64,000 nucleotides of DNA from Sumerlaeia bacterium (lineage in GTDB: Bacteria > Sumerlaeota > Sumerlaeia > SLMS01 > JAHLLQ01). The stretch is from the NCBI GenBank assembly GCA_040219255.1, contig JAVJSW010000042.1, forward strand, positions 179,529 through 243,528, in the 5' to 3' direction. Position 1 is the stretch's first letter; every line of letters starts with the position of its first letter. A model generated the notes under the pieces. That model had not been told where the DNA came from. It was given only the letters and a program-made list of their open reading frames with translations, and did not search any database. The position numbers and the translations under genes are program-made. Shown piece by piece: positions 9,116-18,380 of this stretch.

Positions 9116-10306
9116 TTATTCGGCAACTATTTGCGCCGGTTCGGTGAGGGTGACGGGGATGGGGGCCAGGAAGCGGCGTCCCTTGTTGAGGTAGAGTTCA
9201 AAGTCGTTGACGGTGTCGGCGAAATCGTCGGCGGGGCGGTCTTTGGCAAAGGCGCGGGCGAGGCCCTGGGTGAGGTCCACGAGCGCTTCCGCATCCGTCA
9301 GGTCGACGATTTCCGGGCCGACGAGCCGGGTGTCTTTGTGCATGTTGTGGTAGTGGCGCACGGGGGCGCAGATGCCGCCGGCGCGGCGTCCGGCGCGGGC
9401 AAAGGCCGTGGCTTCGCAGGTGCCACCATCCATGAGGGCTCGCCTGGCGTTGACGCCGTAGCGCCACACCAAGCCGCGAAGCGCGTCGGCCACGGCTCCG
9501 TCGAAGGTTGTGGATTTGTCTCCGATGCGGATGACAGCGCCGTCGCCGAGGCGGACATCGGGCCGTTCGCTGCTGATTTCGATGGAGACGAACACGCTGT
9601 CGTCGGGGATGAGGCGGGGCAGTTTGGTTTCCTCGAGGAGACAGAGGACGCCACAGAAGCCCGCTTCTTCGGCTCGGGAGAAAATGGCCGCCACGTCCAC
9701 GTCCTTCTCGCGCGAGAGTCGGTCGAGGGCTTCCACGAGAACGGCGGCGCCGACGAGGTCGTCGCAGGCGCGTCCGTACACGCGGTCGCCGGAAATGACG
9801 CAGGGTTCCACATCCCACATGCCCAGGACGGCATCCGCGGGGTCGGCCATGGCTTCCAGGATGACGCGGCGGTTGTCGGTGAGGGGGCTGAGGGGAGTGG
9901 CTTCCACGACGGCGGCGGGGATGCCTTCGTCGTGGGCGTGGCGATAGAGGCGAACGAGGGAGCCGGGGGCGAAGAATTCATCGTCCACGAGGCCCTCGAA
10001 GGTTGCTTCGACGCGGTTTTTGGACCCGTCCAACACCTTGGCGAGACCGGGCCGGTCATCGGGCGCGGTGAAGAGAAAACCGGGGTGATCGAGATGAGCC
10101 ACAAAGGTCGCCGCCACGCCCGTCGGATTGCCTTTCCGGATACGGGCGATGCGATTGCCGAAGGCATCCGACTCGAACTGGAGGCCGGGGATTTCGGCGA
10201 GCAGTTGATCCAGCGCGGAGCAAGCCCACTGTTCGCGGAAGGGGGCGGTCGGCGCTTCGAGAAGGGTGCGTATTCGGCGAATCAATGAATGAGCGGACAC
10301 GAGCAT
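9116..10306 (-). CDS. M42/M28-like zinc metallopeptidase (paralog 1)
   Basis: AHLDHPG, RACDDLVG, FSRAEEAG, GGTCEA and YHNM metal-ligand motifs. Confidence 0.8.
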   Translation of the reverse strand: MLVSAHSLIRRIRTLLEAPTAPFREQWACSALDQLLAEIPGLQFESDAFGNRIARIRKGNPTGVAATFVAHLDHPGFLFTAPDDRPGLAKVLDGSKNRVEATFEGLVDDEFFAPGSLVRLYRHAHDEGIPAAVVEATPLSPLTDNRRVILEAMADPADAVLGMWDVEPCVISGDRVYGRACDDLVGAAVLVEALDRLSREKDVDVAAIFSRAEEAGFCGVLCLLEETKLPRLIPDDSVFVSIEISSERPDVRLGDGAVIRIGDKSTTFDGAVADALRGLVWRYGVNARRALMDGGTCEATAFARAGRRAGGICAPVRHYHNMHKDTRLVGPEIVDLTDAEALVDLTQGLARAFAKDRPADDFADTVNDFELYLNKGRRFLAPIPVTLTEPAQIVAE

Positions 10307-10445
10307 TCAGGCCTTTCGGCATGGGAATTCAAGGGGACAAAGGGCTGTCGGAGAACAGCGTTGGGCGTTCCTCGCCAACCTAAGGGAGCGGGCGTAGGGT
10401 CACCGGGGGTTCGCGGGGTTCGATTGCGGTTGAGGATGGAGGCGA

Positions 10446-11144
10446 TCAGTTCGCGCCCAGGACGCTGTCGGAGGCCTTCTGGGTGCGGATGATGTCGCCG
10501 CCGGAGACGCTGCCGTTGGTGGGATCGTAGGGGGTGAGGAGATCGATCGTGCCGCTGGAAAGGGCATAGGGTTCCAGGTTGCGCTGTTTGTCCGGGCCGA
10601 GGGAGGCCATGGTCCAGTATCCTTCCAGCGGGACGACGACATCTTCGAAAGAGGTCGTACGGCGCTGGTACTGGTTGTCATTGTAGTAGAAGCGCTGACC
10701 GGCGATGGGGTCGTTCCATTCGTTGTCGTAGACCGGATCGGCGGCCCCGCTGGGCGGGCTGTTGTAGTTGAACACCGTTCCGCCAGCGCTGTAGGACTGG
10801 AAGTCGCCGAGTTCCGAAACGAAGGGGTCGAGGATGTTGGCGTTCGTGATATAGGCGATGGGGGTGGAAAGGCGGCTGGGGACGACGCGCAGAATTCCGG
10901 CTGTGCCGCTGTGAAGGGGAACGGGCGGGTACTTGTTGTTGTCCACGCGGTAGGATTCGAGGGCGGTGGCGACGCTGCGCATGTCGGCTTTGACGCGGCT
11001 GACTTTCGAGCGGGTTTGGGCTTCGAGGAAGTTGGGAACGGCGATAGCCGCCAGGATCGCAATAATCGCGACCACAATGAGAAGTTCAATGAGGGTGAAG
11101 GCGCGGCGAGGGCCCTTGTTTTGGTTGGAGGTGAGGATACCCAT
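10446..11144 (-). CDS. Type IV pilin/pseudopilin-like protein (prepilin N-methylation motif)
   Basis: AFTLIELLIVVAIIAILAAIAVPNFLEAQTRSKVSR; C-terminal SLGPD...YDPTNGSVSGGDI; AAAGGA RBS. Confidence 0.9.
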   Translation of the reverse strand: MGILTSNQNKGPRRAFTLIELLIVVAIIAILAAIAVPNFLEAQTRSKVSRVKADMRSVATALESYRVDNNKYPPVPLHSGTAGILRVVPSRLSTPIAYITNANILDPFVSELGDFQSYSAGGTVFNYNSPPSGAADPVYDNEWNDPIAGQRFYYNDNQYQRRTTSFEDVVVPLEGYWTMASLGPDKQRNLEPYALSSGTIDLLTPYDPTNGSVSGGDIIRTQKASDSVLGAN

Positions 11145-11551
11145 GGGTGCGGTTCCTTTCGCGGAAGGGGGTGGGTTGAGCGACGGACTCGTGAATTCCG
11201 TTGTGATAGGAGACTGCTAACAAATCGGCAACGATCTTCCAAGGAATTTTCCGTGGGAGTATCAAAAATTTCTTTCGATCCAGTTTTCAAGACTCTGTAG
11301 AAAACAGTTAAGTTGTTCTTTTGTAGTCATTCGGACAGATCCTGTCTTCTCCAAATTTTCCCTCTTGGTGCGCTCCAAAAACTTTTTTTGCACTCGACGT
11401 CAAAATTTTCCTTGGCTTTCCGTTCGTCGATGCCTAACAGATGCGTCCATCGAATCACCGAACCGGAACGGCTCGGGCCCCAGCGGATCGTCCCCCCTCG
11501 TTCACCGCTCCGCCGCCCAAAGCGTCCATTCACCGCGAGAGGATCGGACCC

Positions 11552-12652
11552 ATGAACTATAAGCAGCTCGAAGCGCTGATCTATGTGACCCGCAACGGCA
11601 CCTTCAAGCAGGCCGCCGAATCTTTGTACTTCGACTCCTCGGGCGAGGAGTACATCACGCCGGAGTCGATCCAGTACCGTATCAAGCAACTGGAGCAGGA
11701 GTTGGGCGTTTCGCTTTACCGCAAGCGGCAGGGCTCGAGCCGGGTGCTCCTGACGCGCGAGGGGCAGTTGTTCCTCCGCGAGGCTCTCGAGGTGTTCTCG
11801 CGCATGAGCGAGTGGCGCTCGATGTTCCTGGAGAGCGAGAAGGGCCGGCTGACCTTTGCCACGACGCAGACGGTGCTGATCCACCGCATGGTGGACGCGA
11901 TCCGGGAATTCCATACGCGGCATCCCAATGTGCGGGTGCAGGCGCTGAACGCGACGGCGGCGGAGATGGAGAATCTGGTGGGCGAAGGTCGCATCGATTT
12001 CGGCATTTCGACCCGCCAGCCGGAAACCGGCGAGCTGGAGTATGTGCCGTGGAAGAAGTCGCCGATGGTGCTGGTGCTACCCAAGGGGCACGCGCTGTCG
12101 GGCCGTCGCGATGTGAGCCTGATGGAAATCGCCGATCATCCGCTGATTCTGCTGGAGCCGGAAATGCGCGGCGACCGCGAGTTGGTGGACGAGTCGTTCC
12201 GCAAGGCGGGCATCAAGCGGCCGAACGTGGTGATCGAGACGAGCAATTCGGAAGTGATCCTGACGTACGTCGAAGCGGGTATCGGCGTGAGCGTCATCGC
12301 CGAGACGAATTTGGCGAACACGCGGCGCGAGGTGGACTTCGTCCGTCTCGATCCGAAGGTGATCGGCAAGACGGAAGTGGGCTTGCTGGTGCGCGAAGGT
12401 CAGTTCCTCTCCTTCCGCGCACGGGAGTTTCTCACGTTCCTCGATCCCTCTTTCCGCGACTGGCTGGCCGAGCGCGATGTGCGGATGGAGCGCGAGGCGA
12501 TCGAGGAGACGAACGGCCGCACGGGCCGTAGCAGCACGGCGAAGGTCGAACTGGCGCGGGCCGGGCTTCAGCATGCCGCCGCTCCGGAGGACGAACCAGA
12601 GGACGACAACGGATTCAATCTGCCCAAACGGGCCAAAACTTCCAAGAAATAA
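11552..12652 (+). CDS. LysR-family transcriptional regulator
   Basis: MNYKQLEALI...FKQAAESL...IKQLEQELGVSL..R...LTREG HTH followed by a LysR substrate-binding domain. GAGG RBS. Confidence 0.9.
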   Translation: MNYKQLEALIYVTRNGTFKQAAESLYFDSSGEEYITPESIQYRIKQLEQELGVSLYRKRQGSSRVLLTREGQLFLREALEVFSRMSEWRSMFLESEKGRLTFATTQTVLIHRMVDAIREFHTRHPNVRVQALNATAAEMENLVGEGRIDFGISTRQPETGELEYVPWKKSPMVLVLPKGHALSGRRDVSLMEIADHPLILLEPEMRGDRELVDESFRKAGIKRPNVVIETSNSEVILTYVEAGIGVSVIAETNLANTRREVDFVRLDPKVIGKTEVGLLVREGQFLSFRAREFLTFLDPSFRDWLAERDVRMEREAIEETNGRTGRSSTAKVELARAGLQHAAAPEDEPEDDNGFNLPKRAKTSKK

Positions 12653-12669
12653 AGGATTCACCTCCACCC

Positions 12670-13929
12670 ATGAGTTCTTTCCCCCAACGTTCCCTCATGT
12701 TGGTCTCGGTTTTGGCGTGCTCCGCCGCCCTGCCGCTGACCGCCTGCGCGCAGGACGGATCGACCGCGCCGGCCGCTGGCACGCCGGCATCGCCCAAAGC
12801 GGGCCACCTGATCATCGTCGGCGGCGGCCTGTGGCCGGAAAACACCGCCGTGTACGAAAAGATCCTCTCGCTCGTGCCGGAGGACGGCCGCATCGGCATC
12901 CTGCCCACGGCGAGCGGCGAGCCGGAGTCGAGCGGCCCCGCCTACGTGGACGATTTCACGACCTATGGCGCGGGCTCCCGCACCGAACTGATCGAGATCA
13001 CCTTCACGACTCCGGAGCGGGCCTCCGAGAATGAATACGTCTCGAAGATCGCTGACAAGCAAGTCCTCTTCTTCACCGGCGGCGACCAAAGCCGCATCAC
13101 GGCGGCTTTCCGCACGAACGGCCAGGACACCCCGGGCTATCGGGCGGTGAAGGCGGTACTGGACAAGGGCGGCGTGATCGCCGGCAGCAGCGCCGGAGCG
13201 GCGATGATGTCGGATCCGATGCTGCGCTGGGGCGACAGCGAGGAGGCGCTGCTGATCGGCCAGAGCGAGGCGCCCGACCGGGGCGTCGGCATTGGTCAGG
13301 GCATGGGCTTTTTCCCCTACGGCCTGACGGGCCAGCATTTCCTGCAGCGTGGCCGCTTCGGCCGCCTGATCGCCGCCCTCGAGGCGACGGACAAGGAGCT
13401 GGGCTTTGGCGTGGAATACAAGAAGGGCATCCATGTGGACCTGGCTCAAGACCGCATCCAGCCTCTGCACGACCAGGCCCTGCTGCTCATCGACCGCGCT
13501 TCGGCGGCGCGCGAGGGTCTGGCGCGTAAGGGTTTGCGGGTTTCGCTCCTGGGCCCGAACGAAATCGTGAACGCCAACACGGGCGACATCACGATCGTCC
13601 CGGCGGAGGGCCGCGAGACTTTGGCCGCCCTGGAGAACGGCATGGCCACCATCGCGCCGATGGACGGCGCCTTCGACGATTACAAGCTCCAAGAGTTCAT
13701 CGTGATGCTGGCCAAGTACCCGGCGGACAAGATCACGGTGACATCCGACTTCTTCGAGTTCCACCTCCGCGAGGACGATCGAACGCAGTTCCTGACTAGC
13801 GGGACGGACGAGTCGATCAGCGCGCTGAATATCCTCCTCGATATCGTGCCGAAGGAGGGCGCCGAAGCCGAGGCGAAGCGCCTGACGACGGAGACCGCCA
13901 CGGAAGCCGCCGCGGGCGAGGCGGGCTGA
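12670..13929 (+). CDS. Exported cyanophycinase (peptidase S51)
   Basis: Signal/lipoprotein-like N-terminus; LIIVGGG, ILPTASG, FFTGGDQSRI, nucleophile AGSSAGAAMMS, QHFLQRGRFGRL. Confidence 0.85.
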   Translation: MSSFPQRSLMLVSVLACSAALPLTACAQDGSTAPAAGTPASPKAGHLIIVGGGLWPENTAVYEKILSLVPEDGRIGILPTASGEPESSGPAYVDDFTTYGAGSRTELIEITFTTPERASENEYVSKIADKQVLFFTGGDQSRITAAFRTNGQDTPGYRAVKAVLDKGGVIAGSSAGAAMMSDPMLRWGDSEEALLIGQSEAPDRGVGIGQGMGFFPYGLTGQHFLQRGRFGRLIAALEATDKELGFGVEYKKGIHVDLAQDRIQPLHDQALLLIDRASAAREGLARKGLRVSLLGPNEIVNANTGDITIVPAEGRETLAALENGMATIAPMDGAFDDYKLQEFIVMLAKYPADKITVTSDFFEFHLREDDRTQFLTSGTDESISALNILLDIVPKEGAEAEAKRLTTETATEAAAGEAG

Positions 13930-14030
13930 GGCATACCGCCCCCCCATTCCGCTAAAAAATCCCAACACTTTCCACGAAAGCGCGCCTCGGTCACTGGCGC
14001 GCTTCTTAGCGAACAGGAGCCTGCCGCATC

Positions 14031-15740
14031 ATGACGCAACCGCATCCAGACGATAAACAACGGACACTCGAAGACGCCGGGACAAATGCCCCCCATCCCG
14101 GGAAACCGGCCCGACAGGAAGACCGCGGCGGAGGCCTGAAAATGCCGCCGACGCTGGCCATTATCGGGGTTATTCTGCTGGCGGCGGCGTTGATTTCGCC
14201 GTTCCTGCCGGCGGGGCAATTCGAACGCGCCGAAAGAAAAGTGACGGAAAAGGGCAGCCGGATCATCGAGGCCGCCGCCAGCGAGGGCGAAACGGTCGCG
14301 GAGCTTGTCGAAGAGCACGGCGACGCCACTTCGGCCGCGGAAGGCGTGGTCAAGAAAGCGACGGGCGAGTTGTTGGCCGGGGACGACGTGCCAGGTTCGG
14401 GAACGGTCGTCCTGATTACCGTACAGAACACAGGCACGCGCACCGTGGTGGTGCCGAACAGCTATCAGCGCGTCGAGCGCGAGGAGCGGGGTTTCGCCGC
14501 GGGAACCATTCATATCGTCAGTCAGGTGGTGACGGCGCCGATCCGGGGATTTCAGGATAAGGCGAGCGTGATCGCGTTCATTCTGATCATCGGCGGCGCC
14601 TTCGGGATCATCCTGGGAACCGGTGCCATCGACGCGGCGCTGCGGGCGGCGGTTGCGAAGCTGAGTGAGGGCGGCGGAGACTTGCTGGTTATCCCGGCCT
14701 GCATGATAATGTTCAGCCTGGGCGGGGCGATTTTCGGCATGAGCGAAGAGGTCATTCCGTTCGTTCTCGTGACGATCCCGTTGGCGCTGCGGCTGGGCTA
14801 CGACTCGATCACGGGGTTGTGTATGAGCTTCGTGGCGGCGGGTTTGGGCTTCGCGGGCGCGTTTCTCAATCCGTTCACCATCGGCGTGGCGCAAGGCATC
14901 GCGGAGATCAAGGTGTTCAGCGGCATGGAATTCCGCGTGGTGGTCTGGTGTCTGGTGACGCTGATTGGCGTGGCATACACGATGCGCTGGGCGATGAAGG
15001 TGAAGAAGAACCCGTCCCTCTCGCCGGCCTTCGAGTCGGACAAACGGCTGCGAGTGAAGTTCATGGGCGGGGAGGAGCAGGAAGCCCATACCCGGTTCGG
15101 AGGGCGGGATGCGGCCGTTTGCTTTGTTCTGATGGCGGCGGTGATCTCCATCCCGTTCGGCGTGAAGATTTGGGACTGGTACCTGACGGAACTCTCGGGT
15201 GTGTTCCTGGCGGCGGGGATTCTGGCCGCGCTGGTTGGGCGAATGACCATGGAGAAAGCGGCGGATTGCTTCACGCGGGGCGCCGCCGATCTGGCCGGAG
15301 CTGCCCTGATCGTGGCCTTCGCGGCGGGTATCGTGCAGGTGTTGGAATCAGAGATGGTTATGGATACGATCCTCAACGCCATCGCCACTGGCATGGGAGA
15401 TATGCACAACGCGCTGGCGGCGTGCCTGATGTTCGTCTTTCAGACTGCTCTAAATTTCTTCGTCCCGTCGGGAAGCGGACAGGCGGCGATGACGATGCCG
15501 ATCATGGCTCCCTTGGGTGATACGATCGGGGTGAATCGTCAGATCGCGGTGCTGGCTTTTCAGTTCGGGGATGGCTTCGGAAACATGATTATACCAACGA
15601 GCGCGGTGACGATGACGGTGCTGGGGATCGCGGAGATTCCGTGGAGCAAGTGGGCCCGTTGGATCCTTCCTTTAGAGCTGATTTTAGCGACTTTCGCCTG
15701 TGTGGCGCTGACCGTGGCGGTGGCGATCGGCTATTCGTAA
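14031..15740 (+). CDS. YfcC/DcuC-family membrane transporter
   Basis: Multi-TM protein; FILIIGGAFG, FGMSEE, LNPFTIGVAQGIAE, FFVPSGSGQAAMTMPIMAPL, AFQFGDG. Confidence 0.88.
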   Translation: MTQPHPDDKQRTLEDAGTNAPHPGKPARQEDRGGGLKMPPTLAIIGVILLAAALISPFLPAGQFERAERKVTEKGSRIIEAAASEGETVAELVEEHGDATSAAEGVVKKATGELLAGDDVPGSGTVVLITVQNTGTRTVVVPNSYQRVEREERGFAAGTIHIVSQVVTAPIRGFQDKASVIAFILIIGGAFGIILGTGAIDAALRAAVAKLSEGGGDLLVIPACMIMFSLGGAIFGMSEEVIPFVLVTIPLALRLGYDSITGLCMSFVAAGLGFAGAFLNPFTIGVAQGIAEIKVFSGMEFRVVVWCLVTLIGVAYTMRWAMKVKKNPSLSPAFESDKRLRVKFMGGEEQEAHTRFGGRDAAVCFVLMAAVISIPFGVKIWDWYLTELSGVFLAAGILAALVGRMTMEKAADCFTRGAADLAGAALIVAFAAGIVQVLESEMVMDTILNAIATGMGDMHNALAACLMFVFQTALNFFVPSGSGQAAMTMPIMAPLGDTIGVNRQIAVLAFQFGDGFGNMIIPTSAVTMTVLGIAEIPWSKWARWILPLELILATFACVALTVAVAIGYS

Positions 15741-15914
15741 CGTTCCGAATCCCAGTAGCTTTTTGATGCCCCCCAAAGAATGTACTTGTTGGTTCATACG
15801 TCTTTCTCATATGCAATTGACTAGGTCCGAATAGTGGGCGAATTGGGCTGGTTCAGCCTGGTTCCCAACGTGGGCACTCAAGACTCGCCGGTCATGCGAA
15901 GGAGACGAGGACGG

Positions 15915-17030
15915 ATGAACGGAACAATGACGTGGAAAAGAAGCTTGTTGGGGATTGCCATTTGCTCGCTGAGCTGGACGGTCGTGTGGTCTTTGCCACC
16001 AAAGGGTTCGGTCGTACTGAACGAAGTGGTCCCGGATAGCCGGGGAGGCAATCCGGAGCTGGAATTCATCGAGCTGTACACGAAGCGCCCCGCGATGGAA
16101 CTGGCGGGCCTGAGCGTGGTGATCGTCGAAAGCCAGGTCCGCGACCCGAATCTGCCCAAACCGGGCGAGGTGATCTGGCGGGCGGACCTGCCGGCGGGAG
16201 CCGTCTCGGACCGCAACGGGTTCTTTCTCCTGGCGAACGAGCGGACTGCGCAGGAGTACAACGTGAAGCCCGGATTGATGTGGCCCAACAAGACGAACAT
16301 CGTAAACGATCCGATCACGGTGGCGCTGATGCCGACCCAGGTGGCGCCCGATATTGGCACGGTCGTTCCCCTCGATACGCCATTGAACAGCCAGATTTAC
16401 GACTCGGTGGCGCTTCTGGGCACCACCGAAGCGCAGCCGTTTTTCGGGGCCCCCACGGTCGGACCGGACCGGATTTATATCGCCGCCGGGGCGACGCGCG
16501 TTTCCGACGGAGTGGACACGAACCAAAGCTCGGATTGGTCCCTCGCGGATATCGAAGGTCCTCCGCAGACCTTCAATACGCCCGGTTCGCGCAATCATCT
16601 GCCAGAAGAAATGATCGCCGTGTCCCGGCCCGTCGAGGGCGAAGAGAACGAGCCGAGGGAGCAGGAAGTGACCCTGGGCAAGGTGGTCTGGAAGCGTTAC
16701 AGCCCTCTGGCCATGCAGGAAGCGGTTCGCTATGAGGGCAGCGCTATGATTTACGTGCGGCGCGGCGACATGACGACCTGCCGCGTGTTCGAACAAAGCT
16801 ATTTGTTGCACTCGGACGCGACGCCGCTGCTGAGCGGCAAGCCGGTGTTCTTCCTGAACGTGAACGAGCCGGGAGCGGGAAACCTGGCCCGCGAGCTGGG
16901 CGTCTATCGCGTGCCGAGTCTGGTGACCTACAAGCAGGGCCGCGACCCCCGGCACCTGATCTACAATCCGCGCACGACCACTCCGCGGGAAATCTACGAC
17001 TTCATGGTTTCATTCAATCAGCAGGGATGA
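15915..17030 (+). CDS. Secreted protein: lamin-tail-like domain plus C-terminal thioredoxin-like domain
   Basis: Signal peptide; VVLNEV...EFIELY...NTPGSRN; C-terminal TTCRVFE...FFLNVNE...LARELGVYRVPSLV (Trx fold with only one Cys). Confidence 0.6.
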   Translation: MNGTMTWKRSLLGIAICSLSWTVVWSLPPKGSVVLNEVVPDSRGGNPELEFIELYTKRPAMELAGLSVVIVESQVRDPNLPKPGEVIWRADLPAGAVSDRNGFFLLANERTAQEYNVKPGLMWPNKTNIVNDPITVALMPTQVAPDIGTVVPLDTPLNSQIYDSVALLGTTEAQPFFGAPTVGPDRIYIAAGATRVSDGVDTNQSSDWSLADIEGPPQTFNTPGSRNHLPEEMIAVSRPVEGEENEPREQEVTLGKVVWKRYSPLAMQEAVRYEGSAMIYVRRGDMTTCRVFEQSYLLHSDATPLLSGKPVFFLNVNEPGAGNLARELGVYRVPSLVTYKQGRDPRHLIYNPRTTTPREIYDFMVSFNQQG

Positions 17031-17076
17031 CGCTCAGGAGTTGCCACGGCGGGGCACTAGCCCTACAACTGGGCGC

Positions 17077-18375
17077 ATGAGCCCGCCCCGACCCGCCTTC
17101 GCGCTTCGCGCCGAGAACCTCACCAAGACGTTCGAAATCTCGACCCACAGCGCCTCCTCCCTCAAGGAGATGATCCTGAAGGGGGCGTTCATGCGCGGTG
17201 AGCGAGCCAGCCACAACGCGCTCAAGGGGCTGAGTTTCTCTCTGGAGCCCGGTCAAAGCCTCGCCATTATCGGGGGTAACGGTTCGGGCAAGTCCACTCT
17301 TCTCAAGCTGATCAGCGGCATCAGCGAGCCCACTTCGGGAAGCCTGGAAGTGAACGGCACGGTGGCGGCGCTGTTGGAATTGGGTGCCGGATTCCAGCCG
17401 GAGCTGACGGGCATGGAAAACATTTTCCTGCAAGGCCAGATCCTCGGCATGAAGCGCGGTGAGATTCTGGGGCGACTGGACGACATTCTGGATTTCGCCG
17501 ACATCGGGCCCTTTATCCACACCCCGATGAAGCGCTACTCGAGCGGCATGACGGTTCGGCTGGGGTTCGCCCTGGCTGTGTTTTCCGAGGCGGAGGTCCT
17601 GCTGGTCGACGAAGTCCTGGCGGTCGGCGACGCGGCGTTTCAACTCAAGTGTTTACAGAAGATCAGCGACTTGAAACGGCGCGGGAAGACGATTCTTTTT
17701 GTCAGCCACAGTCCCGAGCATATCGAGCTGGCGGCGGAGAAAGCGCTGTGGATCGAGGCGGGCGAAATGAGGGCCCTCGGTACGACGGACGAGGTCCTGG
17801 AGCGTTACCTGGAGGCGCAAGTGGGCGGCGGCCAGCACGTCGAGGGCGGCGAGTTGGAAACCGACAACGAAGCGATGCGGGTCCGGAGCGCGACCATTCT
17901 TTCCTCGGGCCGGATGGGGGCGGCGCGCAAGCCCGCGTCCATCGAAAAACTAGAGGCCCTGGGGCCGGACGGCAGGGCGCGCAAGCACTTCGAAGCGGAC
18001 GAGCCGATCACTTTCCGCCTGACCGTTCGGGTCAACGAGACGCTCCCCTACCTGTCCGTGAGCATGGCCTATTCAGGCCAGCGAGGCATCCGGCTCGGGT
18101 ACAATTCCTCGAAACTGCAGGGGTTGCCACTGCGGGACCTAAAGCCCGGCCTCTATGAGGTCGCGCTGAAAATCGAGCGATTCGCGGCGTTGCCGGGGCG
18201 GTACCTGCTCAATGCAGCCTTGAGTCCAGAGAACCCGTTCGAATTCTACGATCTGCACCTGCGTTGCCAGGCCATCCACATCCGGGGCCAGGCGGCTTCG
18301 GGATGCGGCGCGCTCATTTCAGCGCCGGGTCAATGGGGCCCGCTGACGGAAGGCCAATCTCGCACCCACGGATAA
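17077..18375 (+). CDS. Polysaccharide/O-antigen ABC exporter ATP-binding subunit (Wzt/RfbB type) with C-terminal Wzt domain
   Basis: Walker A GGNGSGKST, LELGAGFQPELTG, YSSGM, LLVDEVLAVGD, FVSH, plus a C-terminal beta domain. Confidence 0.9.
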   Translation: MSPPRPAFALRAENLTKTFEISTHSASSLKEMILKGAFMRGERASHNALKGLSFSLEPGQSLAIIGGNGSGKSTLLKLISGISEPTSGSLEVNGTVAALLELGAGFQPELTGMENIFLQGQILGMKRGEILGRLDDILDFADIGPFIHTPMKRYSSGMTVRLGFALAVFSEAEVLLVDEVLAVGDAAFQLKCLQKISDLKRRGKTILFVSHSPEHIELAAEKALWIEAGEMRALGTTDEVLERYLEAQVGGGQHVEGGELETDNEAMRVRSATILSSGRMGAARKPASIEKLEALGPDGRARKHFEADEPITFRLTVRVNETLPYLSVSMAYSGQRGIRLGYNSSKLQGLPLRDLKPGLYEVALKIERFAALPGRYLLNAALSPENPFEFYDLHLRCQAIHIRGQAASGCGALISAPGQWGPLTEGQSRTHG

Positions 18376-18380
18376 AGAAA

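Noticed and set aside
17513-17521. Perfect DnaA box TTATCCACA
   Set aside because: Single copy inside the wzt coding sequence, with no cluster or AT-rich unwinding element.
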